NCBI GenBank assembly: GCA_965153455.1
Contig: OZ234493.1
Location: forward strand, 36,384,213-36,448,212
Reading direction: 5' to 3'
Length of the DNA: 64,000 nt
Origin: Sphagnum compactum
Taxonomy: Eukaryota
Shown: positions 14,091 to 26,914 of the stretch, one piece after another
How positions within the stretch are numbered: the stretch's first letter is position 1
Layout of the letters: each line of letters opens with the position of its first letter
Translations under genes and position numbers: made by a program
Notes under the pieces: model-generated
The model's database searches: none
Told to the model about the DNA's origin: nothing
What the model saw: the letters and a program-made list of their open reading frames with translations, nothing else

Positions 14091-15830
14091 TTATTCCTCC
14101 ACATCATCTGAAGTCATCCAGAATTGTTGATTTAAGTCACCCCCATCTGTATCATCTGACATAGGGGAACTGCTACCTTCCTGCAGATTTTCAGCATCTG
14201 TTGGCATAAAATAAGTGACGATTTCTTCAATTTCACTGCTGTTCTCTTGGTGCAAAGTGCTGATGGGATCACTTGTTGTGAGTTCAATTCCAGCACTCTG
14301 TTGTGTGTCCACAATGCTTCCCACCCCATTTCCAATCCCAAGTGCAGCACGATCATGTCCAGCAACAAGAATATCCAAGAACTGCCGAGCAAGGTCAGTG
14401 TGCATCCGTCCTGCATGTCTTACCTCAACCATTTTATGCTCTGGTTTGTGCTGCTGGTTGAACCGGCCAACTACACAACCTAACTGATGACACTTCCCAC
14501 ACAAGTCATAGCCTGTCACATCAGGGCAATCGGTGCAACGGAACCTACTGCCAACAATTGGCATCATCCCACAACCATCACACCCAACTCCATCATGGAT
14601 AGGCCTATAGATTCTCGACTCCTTCCTGTTTTGACTATTGGCTTCTGGAACAGATTCCAGTGCTTCTATCCCCTTTCTTGGCTCCTCAGAGTCGCATCTG
14701 GTATGAAAGGCTCGTTCACTGTAGATGGAGGGAAAAACACTCTCAAGGTAATGATGAAGCTCCAAGCAAACTTGTGGGAAGAGACCAGGATGGTGTGACT
14801 TACACAACGGGCATAAGAGTGGAAACTCTTTCGACTTTTTGCTCCCGGGAACACAGGACTGACAAAAAATGTGGCCACAGTTTAATGTGATAGGCCTGTA
14901 TAAGATATTCTTGCAAACTGAGCACTGCAAATAGGTCATGGCAGTCACTATATCTGTGTTGGAGGCTCTAGCATCTGCCTGTTCTTCAACGTGTCTCTCA
15001 GCTACCCTTTCTTCAACAGCAAGCTCACTGTCCTTAGTTGGGGACTGATCCGATGCAGGACCCTTGGCTTTCCCAAGAGAGTCTTGATGACTTTTGAGAA
15101 AGCCCATTATTGTGGGTTCTGTCTGAATTCTGGAGACAGTCACAGGACACATGCTTGAGCAATTGGCCATGCTTTCACATCCATTTGAAGTAAAACCGCC
15201 ATGTTTGTTTTGTGGGCACTGCACATCTGCAGAAACTTTGACCTCTGAACCTAACAGACCATTCTGATTCTCTGAATGTGCACTTGGTACCTGGAAATGA
15301 TTGACACCAGTACCAAAATCTGGAGCAATGCTGGTGAAAAGCTCACCCTCTGCGGCTTCTGAGTTCAAAGTTCTGTTGTTTGCAGCTTCAGTGCTCAAAG
15401 TTGGTACATTTGGAACCATGGTGCTGTAAGCCTCCTCATCTTTTGAGGCTTCTTCTTTGGTGCAAACACCATCACCAAAGGTCTGCATGCTAGAATGTTC
15501 TCCATTGCAAACTTTCAAGAAGAAAGTGTCCTCTTCAAATTGAGGGGAGAATCTCTCTTTCTGCAGCTCCTCCTCCCAAACCTCTTTTGCTCGCACAAAG
15601 TACTCATCTTTGACAACTTTCCAAAGAAAGCGATGGAGTTGCTCACAAATGCGTGGAAAATACATGTACGGTCGTCTACAAAGTGGGCAACGGGATTTGG
15701 AGGTTCCATCCATAGCCAGGTATACACACCAGAAGCAAAAAAGGTGGCCACATGCATGCACTATTGGCTTATATGCAACCTCCAAGCAAATCAGGCAATG
15801 AAATGCCTCTTCACCAGACCCTAATTCCAT
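14091..15830 (-). CDS. PRT1: E3 ubiquitin ligase PROTEOLYSIS1-like (RING-RING-ZZ N-recognin), 579 aa, single coding exon
   Basis: First ATG of the ORF is at 15830 (MELGSGEEAFHC). RING1 is CLICL..ACGHLFCFWC..CPLC and RING2 is CSVC..CGHIFCQSC..CPLC. The ZZ domain HDGVGCDGCGMMPIVGSRFRCTDC..YDLCGKC..GRFNQQHKPEH completes the PRT1 architecture. Confidence 0.9.
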   Translation of the reverse strand: MELGSGEEAFHCLICLEVAYKPIVHACGHLFCFWCVYLAMDGTSKSRCPLCRRPYMYFPRICEQLHRFLWKVVKDEYFVRAKEVWEEELQKERFSPQFEEDTFFLKVCNGEHSSMQTFGDGVCTKEEASKDEEAYSTMVPNVPTLSTEAANNRTLNSEAAEGELFTSIAPDFGTGVNHFQVPSAHSENQNGLLGSEVKVSADVQCPQNKHGGFTSNGCESMANCSSMCPVTVSRIQTEPTIMGFLKSHQDSLGKAKGPASDQSPTKDSELAVEERVAERHVEEQADARASNTDIVTAMTYLQCSVCKNILYRPITLNCGHIFCQSCVPGSKKSKEFPLLCPLCKSHHPGLFPQVCLELHHYLESVFPSIYSERAFHTRCDSEEPRKGIEALESVPEANSQNRKESRIYRPIHDGVGCDGCGMMPIVGSRFRCTDCPDVTGYDLCGKCHQLGCVVGRFNQQHKPEHKMVEVRHAGRMHTDLARQFLDILVAGHDRAALGIGNGVGSIVDTQQSAGIELTTSDPISTLHQENSSEIEEIVTYFMPTDAENLQEGSSSPMSDDTDGGDLNQQFWMTSDDVEE

Positions 15831-16082
15831 CTTTGAAACTCCCTTCACTACGAGTCCCCCTTTTTCCTCTACTCTAAGTATCAATTTGTCTCCTCTTTGT
15901 CAAAACTCAATGTTTTGTCTCCAAGCTTGCAAGAAGGGAAAGTACTTAAAACTTCACTTGATGTTGCCTTTCCTTACCACCATGTAAATTCTAGTCTCTT
16001 CAACTTGTCCGATGCATAACCCGATATTAGTGTGCAGTTGTTGTTGGTTGACCTCATCTGCTTAAACTGACTGAGCAGCCAC

Positions 16083-16533
16083 CTGCGCCAAGCAACAGAA
16101 CAAAGTTGAAGAATCTCCAAGGAATTTTTAACACCCCCGCACCTTCCAAACGGCAGACCAAAACCCCAACAGCAAAGGATCTCAGCCGAGACCTCATCAG
16201 ACAAGAGAGGTATGTGCTCACCTATTATCCTCCTGCTTTCGGGATCACAGAGATGCCGCCCTTAAATCTTAGAACGCAGAGTGGTCCGTAGTCAGTAAGA
16301 ACTTGCCTGTTTCCTCTCTGGAAAGAAGAAAACAGCACATGTCTTGTACTCACAAAAAAAACGCAACTCCTTATCCCTCTCACCCCGCCGTCACAATTTT
16401 TGCCGTCACAATTTTTAGGCCCTCTAATTTGAGTTGCAAACTTCTTAAACGCTTCCCCATTCCCTCAAATCTTTAACTTCCATCCTCGTTGTTTCTTCCA
16501 CCAAAATCGATACTTGCGCGTCAGTTTTCTCAC
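16083..16533 (-). other. Two predicted 5'-UTR introns of PRT1 (16533-16318 and 16221-16083)
   Basis: Minus-strand donors G|GTGAGA (16533) and AG|GTGAGC (16221). Pyrimidine-rich acceptors CTGTTTTCTTCTTTCCAG (16318) and CTTTGTTCTGTTGCTTGGCGCAG (16083). Confidence 0.55.
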
Positions 16534-16918
16534 CCGGTTGCTGCTGGAGAAGATGAGCACATCAGAAACAATCGCAGAAAACAGGTGAGTATATCCACAG
16601 GGATGATGCTGGCTGGCTGGCTGCTACTGCCTGCATCCGTTGAGATGCCGCAAAAATTCAGGACCAAAAACAAGCACAACCTAAACACCCATTTCCAGGT
16701 TCCAAATTCTCCGAATCCCGGGTGCAATTCTCCCGCGGCTGATGCTGTGCAAACCAACCAAAACAAACAACAAAATGCCGACAAATCTCTCGAAAAACAA
16801 ACCCCGCAAGTGGATTGTTCTGCACGGCAGCGAAGTCGACCTCGCAAGTGGATTGTTCTGCACTGTGCGCTGTCGAGCAGAGCGCTCTCGAGATCCCCAG
16901 TTGTGGTAAATAGCTTAA

Positions 16919-17093
16919 ACGACGGGCGGCTTGAACGAGGCCTCAGACGACGGGCGGCTTGAACGAGGCCTCAGACAAGAGGCGGCTTGAACGAGGCCTC
17001 AGACGACGGGCGGCTCAAACGAGGCCCCAGACGAGGGGCGGCTTGAACGAGGCCTCAGACAAGAGGCGGCTTGAACGAGGCCTCAGACGAGGG
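16919..17093. repeat. GC-rich 28-bp tandem repeat, 6 copies plus a partial copy
   Basis: Unit ACGACGGGCGGCTTGAACGAGGCCTCAG repeated head-to-tail with no spacers and few substitutions. Confidence 0.95.
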
Positions 17094-17108
17094 AAAAGGT
17101 ACCACTAT

Positions 17109-17386
17109 GGGGCCTTTCGGATTTGAGATCGCCGAGGCTGATAAAAATACTAAAGAAAAAGAGTGCCAGTGCTTTATGGGGGGCCTTTCGAATTTGAGAT
17201 CTCGGAGGCCGATAAAAATACGAAGAAAAAAGAGTGCCAGTGCTTTACGGGGCCTTTCGGATTTGAGATCTCCAAGGCTGATAAAAATTTCAAAGGAAAA
17301 AGAGTGCCAGTGCTTAACTAGGCCTTTCAGATTTGAGATCTCCAAGGCTGATAAAAATACAAAGGAAAAAGAGTGCCAGTGCTTTG
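17109..17386. repeat. ~70-bp tandem repeat, 4 copies
   Basis: Unit GGGGCCTTTCGGATTTGAGATCTCCAAGGCTGATAAAAATACAAAGGAAAAAGAGTGCCAGTGCTTTA, repeated head-to-tail. Confidence 0.95.
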
Positions 17387-20300
17387 CGTTGCTTTTTTTC
17401 ACAAAACAATTGGGAAATTTTCATTCTTATAGAGTAAATTTGACTTGGACATTTTCAACATTTTTCTTTTTTCAATTGATTTTTTAAAATTAAATAAAAC
17501 CTCAATGTACAATAAAGCCCAAGGTCATTACCCAACTAAATAAAGGGGCATTCACACTTGGTGTTAGGGACTCTAGTGTTGCCAGTCTCAATCAGTGAAC
17601 CTTTTTCGGTTTTTGAGCTATGAGTAATTTTTTTAGGCTGTTTTTTTCGCCATATTACCCTACTGACCTAGTTATCTTATTGACCTAGCAACCTTAATAA
17701 CCTAGAGCTTGGCCCTATCAACCAACTGACAATCGACCCCCTCCTACCTACATATCTATCTTTTATTTTTTTCATCGTTTAAATTTTTACTCTCTTGGCA
17801 AAAGTTATTATCTTTTCTTAACTTAGCCTTTGTTTTTTGACAAAGCTTATATCTTTTTATGGTTAAATTTTTATCTCTTCGCAAAACCTTTTTAATTTTT
17901 GACTAAATTTTTATGTTGTTTCTATTTTTATTTCTTATCATTTGATGCATGTAAACCCCAAACCTTACACTAAGTGTTCCCCCCAAGTAATTGAATGGCT
18001 CATTTGAAATAGCAAATTGTTTGCATCAAATTTGATGAAGTTAAATGTGTCTTTTCTTGTCTTCATTACTTGTGATGACTTACATATATGTTCAAAATAA
18101 AATTGTAAAAACAACACCATCTAGTGAAAAGAATAATTTTTAAATGAAAGTACCATGCCAATGAACAATAAGAGACCTTTAGAAATGGATGGGAAAAGAT
18201 CATGGAAAGGTAGAAAGGAAAAAGAAGTTTGAGCGAACATAGAACTCAAGTATGTGAACAAAAGGAAGATGGATTCATTTTGTTAAAGTTTTATAATTTC
18301 GAGATGTGTTTGGACCATTTGTTTGAGGTTCATTACACTAATTGAAATGTCAATTAATTTTCAATTATGCAAGTTCACACAATCATGAATAATTCCAAAT
18401 GTAATTCAAAATCTGAATTTATCTCCAATACATTGCTTCACATACTTAATTCATTTGATTTGGAACTCATCAAAACGGAATGAAAGTTACAAAAATTGTA
18501 GAGTTCAACATTCACAAAAAAAATGTAATTAAGTTATAAACATAATTAACATTTAATCCATTTGTTTTATCACTTTTTCATCCAATTGCAAAAAATATTC
18601 ACCAAAATAATTAAATGGATAACTTGCAATTTAACCACATCATCACATATCGATGCCACATCATCACATATTGTTGGCATGGAACATGGAAGGTGCCATG
18701 ATAGGGCATGATGTCATTGCACAATTGACCTTTCAAATACAATTCAATTGAAATTTTTTTGGATTAAAAAAAATCAAAGGTAAACCCTAATCAATGGTAA
18801 ACACCATATGATTACTAATTTAGTCAACAACTTGACTTTTTATTTAGTAGGTATAATTATTGACGTGAAATTCCTTCAAATTAAAATAATTATGTAGTGA
18901 AAATATGATTGAAAATTATGTGTAGTTGAAAGCTTGTTGGTAAAAAAAAACTTTTTGTCCTAGTGATTTTTTCATGGAATGAAAGTTGAAAGATCATTTT
19001 TCTTATGTTATCAATTATCCTTTTACTAAATAACTAGATTTTTATATTTAGTTTTTTGGTCTATCGATGCAATTTCCAAACTTGTGAGAGAAAAAAACTA
19101 TGTCATTTTTGTTTTTCTTCATCAGCTACTCAAAAAGCTTCATCAAATTATTATTTTGTTGCATGTTTTCTTCATCACTTTGTTTATATATTCTTTGTCA
19201 ATTTTTTTTTTTGCTTGTTTGCAATTGGTTCATGTTTGGTTTGTGCACCATTGCTTTTGAAGTCCATTGACTCTTGGTTATTTCATACACCATCATTTGT
19301 GAGGTCGATAGTGATGATTTGTTTTGTATGTCAATATTGTTTCTATTGGTCACATGCTTTTTTTTGTAAGGCAAAAAAAGGAAAATTTAGAAATATAAAG
19401 ATTAAAAGAAATTCCTTCGATAATTTTGGAAATTATTGTTACAAGTTGGCAAGGATCATTCAAGACTTTGGAAAGCCTTGCACCTTGAAGGAGTGTAATC
19501 AAATTCTAAATCCATATGGATTTTAATGAAACTAATGCAATGGCAATTTTAAAGGCCAAGTCAATCTCAACTATATTGAATTGTCCATTTCCAAATTGGT
19601 TTTGAATGGATTTTGATCAAACCAAGTTGATTTTGATTAGAGTCTTAACAATCCAATTTTGGATTCATTTTGGTGTAATTTCATCCAATTGTGAATTGAA
19701 GTTTTGATATGATGTATTCAATTTGTTTAAGCTAGATTCGTCTTGTTACATTTTCAAAGAGTTGAACCTATTACATGGGCTTACACAAAGGAGATTTAAT
19801 TTCAATATTTCTTGAACTATTTTTTTTTTTTTCATGTAATTTCATCCATATAGCCTTCCCCATATATGTAGGTTTAAATCACAATATTCATAAATGAAGT
19901 TTAATATAATTAAAGGAATCCCACATATGACATTTTTCAAATGAAAATGATGTCTATTTATACATGTAGTACAATAGTTTTTTGTTAGGGAAAAAGTTTG
20001 GCTATGAAAGGGATTTTGTTTCCACGATCCTTTCTTTCATAGGTCAAGAATGTGTATAATTAGGTGAACAATTGGCCATCCATTAGATGAAGAATTTAAT
20101 TAATTTTGTCCATAGAATTTTATGATATCATGGTTCATAATTTGTTTTTTAATTGTCTCGTTGCAACTTTTTAGATTTAAAATCATCCTAAAATTAAAGG
20201 TGTTTGCATTTCTTGTCATATATAAATTTAATATGATTTGAATGTTTTGAATGAATTTTATTATTTCATAGTTTACAAAGTTTGAAACAATTGTCATGAC

Positions 20301-21744
20301 CTTAAACTTGGGTTTGTGACCAACATTTTGGTAAATGAGAAAATAGAAATGAAAATAAACTAAAAATTTGAGGAGATACAAGGGGCTAGAGATGACACAT
20401 TAACACAATGAAGGAACAAAATTGTGGGAATCAAAAGGGGTTTTCGAAGAATTCAAAGACATGTTTTAAATTTTGAATCTTTAACTTTCAAAATGCCATG
20501 AACATTTATAGGAGAAATTGGAAGGAAAAGTGTGTATGTGTTTAATAATCCTTTGGACCATTGGAAATACTAAAACAATTATAAGATGTTAAATTCACAT
20601 GTCTTCATTGAAATTCTTCATTATATGATTACTTGAAGCTTTAAAACACAAGTGTTCTAAAGAACCCCAAGCATTTAGAGCATAATGTGAAGAGACAAAT
20701 CATGTCAAAATTGGGTAAGTTAGACCTAGATGGAGGTTTCCAAAATGATAAGATAGTAAACCTACAATTGATAATATTTATGTGTATACACTATGTTTTG
20801 ATCACACTAGATATTTTACTCTAACGGAGGATGCATGAAAAAACATGATGTTGACATGTAGTTTTAATGAAGGATTACCTTGTAAAAGTATTGCCTCCTA
20901 TGAAAGTCATAATTAATTCTGATTCACATTGAGCCCAAATCACATCAAATCTTATTTTTGTTTTCCTTGCATAGGATAAAAGGTTGAATATTTCTCATTG
21001 GAAAAATGATATGCTTTTGATGTGTCTTAAAACTTTTGTTACTAGACCATAGTCATAAGGAGTTGAGTATATTGAAGGCTTTTGAAATCTTTCTTGCATG
21101 CTTATATATGCTACCCACATCAATAGTAGAAAAACTAATTTCAGCTAAAGTTTTGTAATTAAAAAAATTGCTTATATCCAACAAATGATTATGCATTGGT
21201 TGGCTTAACAAAAAAATAAAATTCGTAACATTTATTCATCTTTGGAGTTTCAAAAAAATTATTTCAAGGGCTTCATAATTTCTGAGTTATGAGCACTTCA
21301 AACTCCACTTTGTTTGCAAATGATGATGCTCTAAGAAAAATTTCATTATCTTTCTCTTCATTTTTAGAAATTAGTTAATTATTTCATTTGTGACTTTTTC
21401 TTCTTGATTCTTTTGTTTAGTTTTGTCTCCTTTATGTTTTGTTGAGGTAGTAAACATCATGGTTTAATCTTCTTATTTTCATTACTAATCTTGTGATAGA
21501 AACTCAATATTGTATACAATAAATGAATTTAACTTCCATGCATTAGTTGCTAGGAATTTGAGAAGCTAATGGGCATGTTATGGTAATGTAATATATATTA
21601 CTAGAGGGTACCTGTGACCTTCAGACACTGTGAAGTCCCCCAGTTTCATTAAATAATATTTATTTCAAAGAATCATTTTGTTTTAAACAATTGCACGTCG
21701 TGAACGTAGCTTCTCGCAGAGCCATTTAGGAGATGCATGCAGCC

Positions 21745-24700
21745 TCAAAGGAGGGCTTCTTCGTATACAACATTGCGCATAAGGCCACTCCGGCCATGCA
21801 CAGTGTTTGGCAGCTGAACTTTGATCTTCGCTGGTGCCTTGGCGCGTGAAAAGGCAACGTAAAGTTGGCCATGCGAAAAAACGTCATCTACGAGATGAAG
21901 GCCAACATGAGAGAGGGTCTGCCCTTGAGACTTGTTAATAGTCATGGCATAAGCCAGCCGCAAAGGAAATTGCTTCCTTGCAAATGTAAATGGCAAACCG
22001 TTGTTATCGAAAATGAACTTAATGCGCGGGATAAAGGCCACATTACCGGCCCCTTTTATTGTGATGATCTCAACCTCAACGACTTGCATCGTGAAGCGTC
22101 GAACAATCAGGCGCGTCCCATTACACAGCCCAGCCAATGGGTAAGGATTGCGCAGCAGAATCACTGGTGCGCCAATCCTCAGCAGTAGCTTGTGTGAAGG
22201 CATGCCACTAACTTCCAAAGTGTTGAGAAACTCGGAAAGGTATGTGTTCGCCACTTCCGTATCCTCTGCAGAATCCGCACTGAGGAATTTGACTTGTGCG
22301 CCTAGAAGGTAGCTTAAAACCATCGCGTTTATTAACAAAACCTCCTTGTTGCGAGGAGCCAAAATCGCATGCTCATGCAAATATTCGTTTGTGGCTTGGC
22401 CCTCATGTAGTCAAGGGTAGATGGCCACAACCATGGCTTGTGTGTTTGCAGGAGGGAGTACCATCATGTCTGGACACTTGATGTAGTCCTCATCGATGGT
22501 TTCTAGTTCGTTGTTGCCAAGACAAAGAAGCCAGTCTGCAAAAGTGCGATTCCCAAGATCAGGGTGAACAACAACAGCATCACTGGCCCGCATATTTTCC
22601 GAAAGACGGAATACGTCAACAGATTCCCATAGGTAGGAGTTTTTGATTGATGCAGAGACAATGTCTGCATGGGATCCCCGGGGGATGACTAGAAGGACTT
22701 GGCGAAAGTCCCTTGACATGACGAAAACAATGCCACCAAAGGGTTCATTCCTGTCTGTAAGGTCACGTAGAGTTCGATCCACCGCTTCAAAAGCGAGCTT
22801 ATTAGTCATAGGAGCTTCATCCCAAAGGATGAGCTTTGTTTGACGGATTAGCACCGCTAAATCATCCTACTTACGGATATAGCAGAAGGACGTACGGTCG
22901 AGCGCGATCGGGATCTTCAGGTATGAATGGGCCGTTCACCCTCCTGAAAGCAAAAGCGCAGCAATGCTTGAAGAGGCGACAACAAGTGCAATATCGCCAC
23001 GCGAACGCACAACGTTGAAAATCAAGTTTTCGATGTAGGTCTTACTCGTTCCACCAGGGCCATCGATAAAGATGACTTTAGCGTGATGGGCAGCATATGC
23101 ATCGATTACGCCATTGTAGGCTACACGTTGCCCATCATTGAGGCTTTCAATGGCCATAACCACCTCGGCTTGCAAGACCTCGACATTGTAGTTGCGCTCC
23201 ACCTCAAGCAGGCGATTGGTCTCTAACTGATCAAAGGCAACAGATGGGGTAGGAAGGCCAAAATCCTCAAGAGTTTTACTAAATTTGGCAAGCGCATCCC
23301 GTAAGGAATGCAGTGCCCAACTCTCAATTTGCTCAATGGACGGTTCCACTATACTGCGACGTTGCAATGCTACCTTGTAATCATCGCAAATGTGCTCCTT
23401 GTACTTGTCCCAGAGCATGCACAGCGCATTTGGAACGCCAAAGGCCAAGATGGTCACAAACAAAGACCGCAACTGCGCACCTGTTCGCATGCCAACTGCT
23501 TCTTCCAAGCAGGCATTCCACTCGTCATCCGAGTCATACAAACCAAGTGCAATGCATGCTGATTTGAATGTGTCATGGACAACACCATTATTTGTGTGAA
23601 AAGCTTCAAAAGAAACAGCACCTTTGACCTTCGTTACAATGTACGCAAGAAATAACGTTCGCCAGCGGAAGGACTGACGAAATAAAGGTGCCCGACACAA
23701 CACCCTCTCTGCCGGATGGTCCATTTTTTCGTCCCATTGGTCCATGTAAACACGGAGGGAAAATCCATGTACGTGACTTCTCTAGCCAAGGGGTAATCAA
23801 TATTGGCTTGGAAGTATTCGGTGAGCGTTGTTTTTTGGTTTTGCTCGCTATTAACAGTTTCAAAAATACTGGCATTATCATTGTACACGACCGTATGCAT
23901 TCCAGGCTCGTGCACAACAAGGCGTGTGACAGACGGTGTCCCGTTAAGCATTCTAAAAGAGAAAAGACGCCATGATGCCTCGGAAGTGGAAACATAGTGT
24001 CCTTCAAGGTATGCTTTAATTTCAACACGGTTTTCCCACTCACCATTGGCAACGATCGCCTGCGCGTTGTTATCCTGGCCAGGCATATTCGCTCGCCTTT
24101 CGACAACGGCAGTAGCACGGTCAGGTCCCTTGTACACATACTTGTACAGGTACTTGACGGCAGATATGGACGAACATATCTCCACGTTGATGTGCGCGTG
24201 GTACTTGGTTGCTAGGTGAAGATTATACGGGACAATCCACTGGTTATCCACCACACATTGCGTCTTTGGATCTACAAAAATGCGGGTTTGACGGCGCCGA
24301 TACTCGGGGTACCCATCAACATCATAGCGCGTTTCTTCGCTAAAGGAACGCGGGTACCTTTTCATACACTTTCCTTGCTCCATGCATTGTGCGTTGAAAA
24401 AATCTGGACCACATGGCCCATGCACCATGCACGAAGTGACCGTCTCATACGCCTCAGGATGGCATATCGGCTCCGAAATCTCGGCCGATACCATCGAATC
24501 GTAGTCCTCGGCGGTGCGCAATTTCGACACTTCATCTAAAATGAGCAAAATGTGCACATGGGGCAAGCCTCTTTTTTGAAACTCGATGACCCAAATTTTA
24601 GCAATCACATTGCCAAGAACACCGTCTTTAATGTCCTTCAAAAGGGCGTTAAGTTTCAAATTAAAAACACGAGTTATTAAGTCAGGGCGATCCTTGGCAG

Positions 24701-26184
24701 TTAAGTGGATCTGTAATCTCTTTCCATTTAGGATTACAAGTAAATGTGACAAAAAGGTCCAGCTTACCAAATTTGCGGACCCTGGCCATGGCATCCTGGT
24801 ACAGTTGGCCCATGGCGCGCTCACCGCCCTGGAATGACGACGGAAGAATCATCTTCTGCCCGATGTCGTTCCCAAAAACGTCGCCAGCATTCAATGCATC
24901 TTGAAGACCATTGTACAGGTCGCAACGTAGTTGTCGCTGGTTCTCGCGAATAAACTTCAAGTGGTTTTGTTCAGTACATGCATATGCGTCAACAATGAAT
25001 TGCTGTAAAAGCTTTCCGACTCACAGAATCCATTCTTCGTTGATGCGATGTTATAGTATGTATGAGTAAAACTGAAGCATGGTGACGCGTGCGGAAGCGC
25101 GTTTACCACCTACTGCATTCTCGTCATCTTGGATGAGCCCAGAGCCATCCCATTGAAATCCATTCAATGGGATGTCGTCATGCCATCCGTTGCGTCCATC
25201 TGGGAAGAGAAGGACGTAGTGCAGTGGCGCGTATGCACTCTGTAGGGGAGAGACGCGCTGAAAATAACCATTAGTCGAACGAATGACAATGTCACGTGCG
25301 TTTGCTTCATCCACATCGCCCCCAACCATCAATGCGCCAACTTCGTCAGCAGTTGGCGCATCGTAGCGCTGCAAATCAGTGCGGCGATCATTTAGCAAAC
25401 GAAGACTTAGCTTAACAGCCTCGCCTTGGAATCGTTCCATGGCCGTTTGGTAGATGTTGGCGTAGGGGTTACATTCATGCAGCATCGTTTGCAACGACTG
25501 CATAATGTCCCTGTTCAGGCCGCCAAAATTGCCCATCCAACCATCAAGCTCGGCATGTGGATCGCTAATGTATAGTTGGGTGAATTTTGGCACCTCGCCA
25601 GGCTGAGGAAGTAGACTCCCCATCCTATGGTAAAGCTCACCGCAAAGACGGTAAGTATAGTTGCCAAGTTGGGCAACACTGGTATCCAGGTTGGCCCCCA
25701 TAGACGTGAAGGCCAACGCATTGTTGTAAGAGCGAATCCGCTGACGAAAGTCTTTTGCCTCTGCTTCGTTACTTGTAAGGAGCCACCTGAGCAGTTCTGG
25801 TGGGGGTGCCAACGGGGGCAGCGTCACCTTACCTTGTGCGCAACACGGTGTAAACTACGGATTGGCACGCGAACTTGATGCAACACGCTCCTCCAAAAAG
25901 TGTAGGGCGTCGCACTTGCCACACATTGTGGTCATTTCACCTAAAGTGTGGCGAAGACCATGATGGTTGCCGTCAAATTCACGGCGCGCCAAAGGGATCA
26001 CTTGGTTCCCACCTTGGTTTGCGTGATCTAGCTCACGTTGGGCACTACGTGCGCTTTGACCTTCCCGTCGGCTAGCATCCGTTGCACGTTGCTCCTTAGA
26101 TCGAGCAGTGTGCCTCTCTAGGGCAAGACAGTTTCGGCGGACGCGCGAGCCTTCCAAAGGGGACTCTTCTTCCTCTTCATTCAT
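21745..26184 (-). pseudogene. Helitron RepHel (Zn-finger-like + HUH Rep/Y2 + Pif1-family SF1 helicase), disrupted by stops and frameshifts
   Basis: Seven collinear ORF pieces: CGKC..CC N-terminal motif; FVTFTCNP (Rep motif 1); WVIEFQKRGLPHVHILL (HUH); KYLYKYVYKG (Y2); FIDGPGGTSKT (Walker A, G>S); ILWDEAPM; QFPLRLAYAMTINKSQGQTL; FSHGQLYVAFSR. Confidence 0.95.
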
Positions 26185-26914
26185 TGGTTTAATTATAAAG
26201 CATCAGAAGTTACTTCTGAAAATCTGTAACACCTTCTGCATCCAAAAGCACCATTTCCAATAGGATGATAGTACCTAAGCAAAAAAGATGATCTGCTGTA
26301 GACTCTTCAGTAGGATCAGTGCTTGACAGCCTGCATTGAGCAATCAAAAAAATTTTGGGTCCTTTGCACACATTGCTGATATGTCTCTGGCTTCTTAATT
26401 TCCACAGTTGCTCATGTGCCTGCTATATATGTGGCAAATGATGATGATGATGATCAAGCTGATTTTTCAGATCAAAAAAAAAAGGGAGGGCTTGTGACAA
26501 ATAGACAATCAAGAGAGTCTTGACCATGAAGAAGACTTGCTGATGAGGGCATTAAAATATGTCCATTCCCATGTCTTGTGCTTTTCCATGGATCTTTTCC
26601 AAGGGTGCTTAGTTTTCATCATGAGAACATGAAGCTCAAGCAAGTCTAGAGTTCAGAAGCTGAACTTCCCTTGAGCACTGTTACATTGCCAGCTATGGAG
26701 AATGTTTTCATTGGTTCCTGCTCAAAAAAAGAAGGAGTTACTAAGAGAAAAGTCTAGGCTTTGAGTCTAAGCTTTCAGCTTCATGGGACCAAGACTTATG
26801 GTGAGAGAACTTCAGCTTTGAGTCTAAGTTTTCAGCTTCATGGTCAGAGGAAGAAAAAGCTTCAAAAGCTTCAAAAGCAGCTCAGAGTGATGGGTATCAA
26901 TCTTCTCTAGCTCC

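Noticed and set aside
15831-15884. N-terminal extension of PRT1 in the ORF track
   Set aside because: It starts at a non-ATG codon; the first ATG is at 15830.
16919-17386. CRISPR-like appearance of the 28-bp and 70-bp repeats
   Set aside because: The units are contiguous with no unique spacers, no cas genes are present, and the context is eukaryotic.
17600-21600. AT-rich stretch that looks like a decayed transposon, probably continuing after 28240
   Set aside because: No recognisable protein motif or termini could be read, so it is left unannotated.
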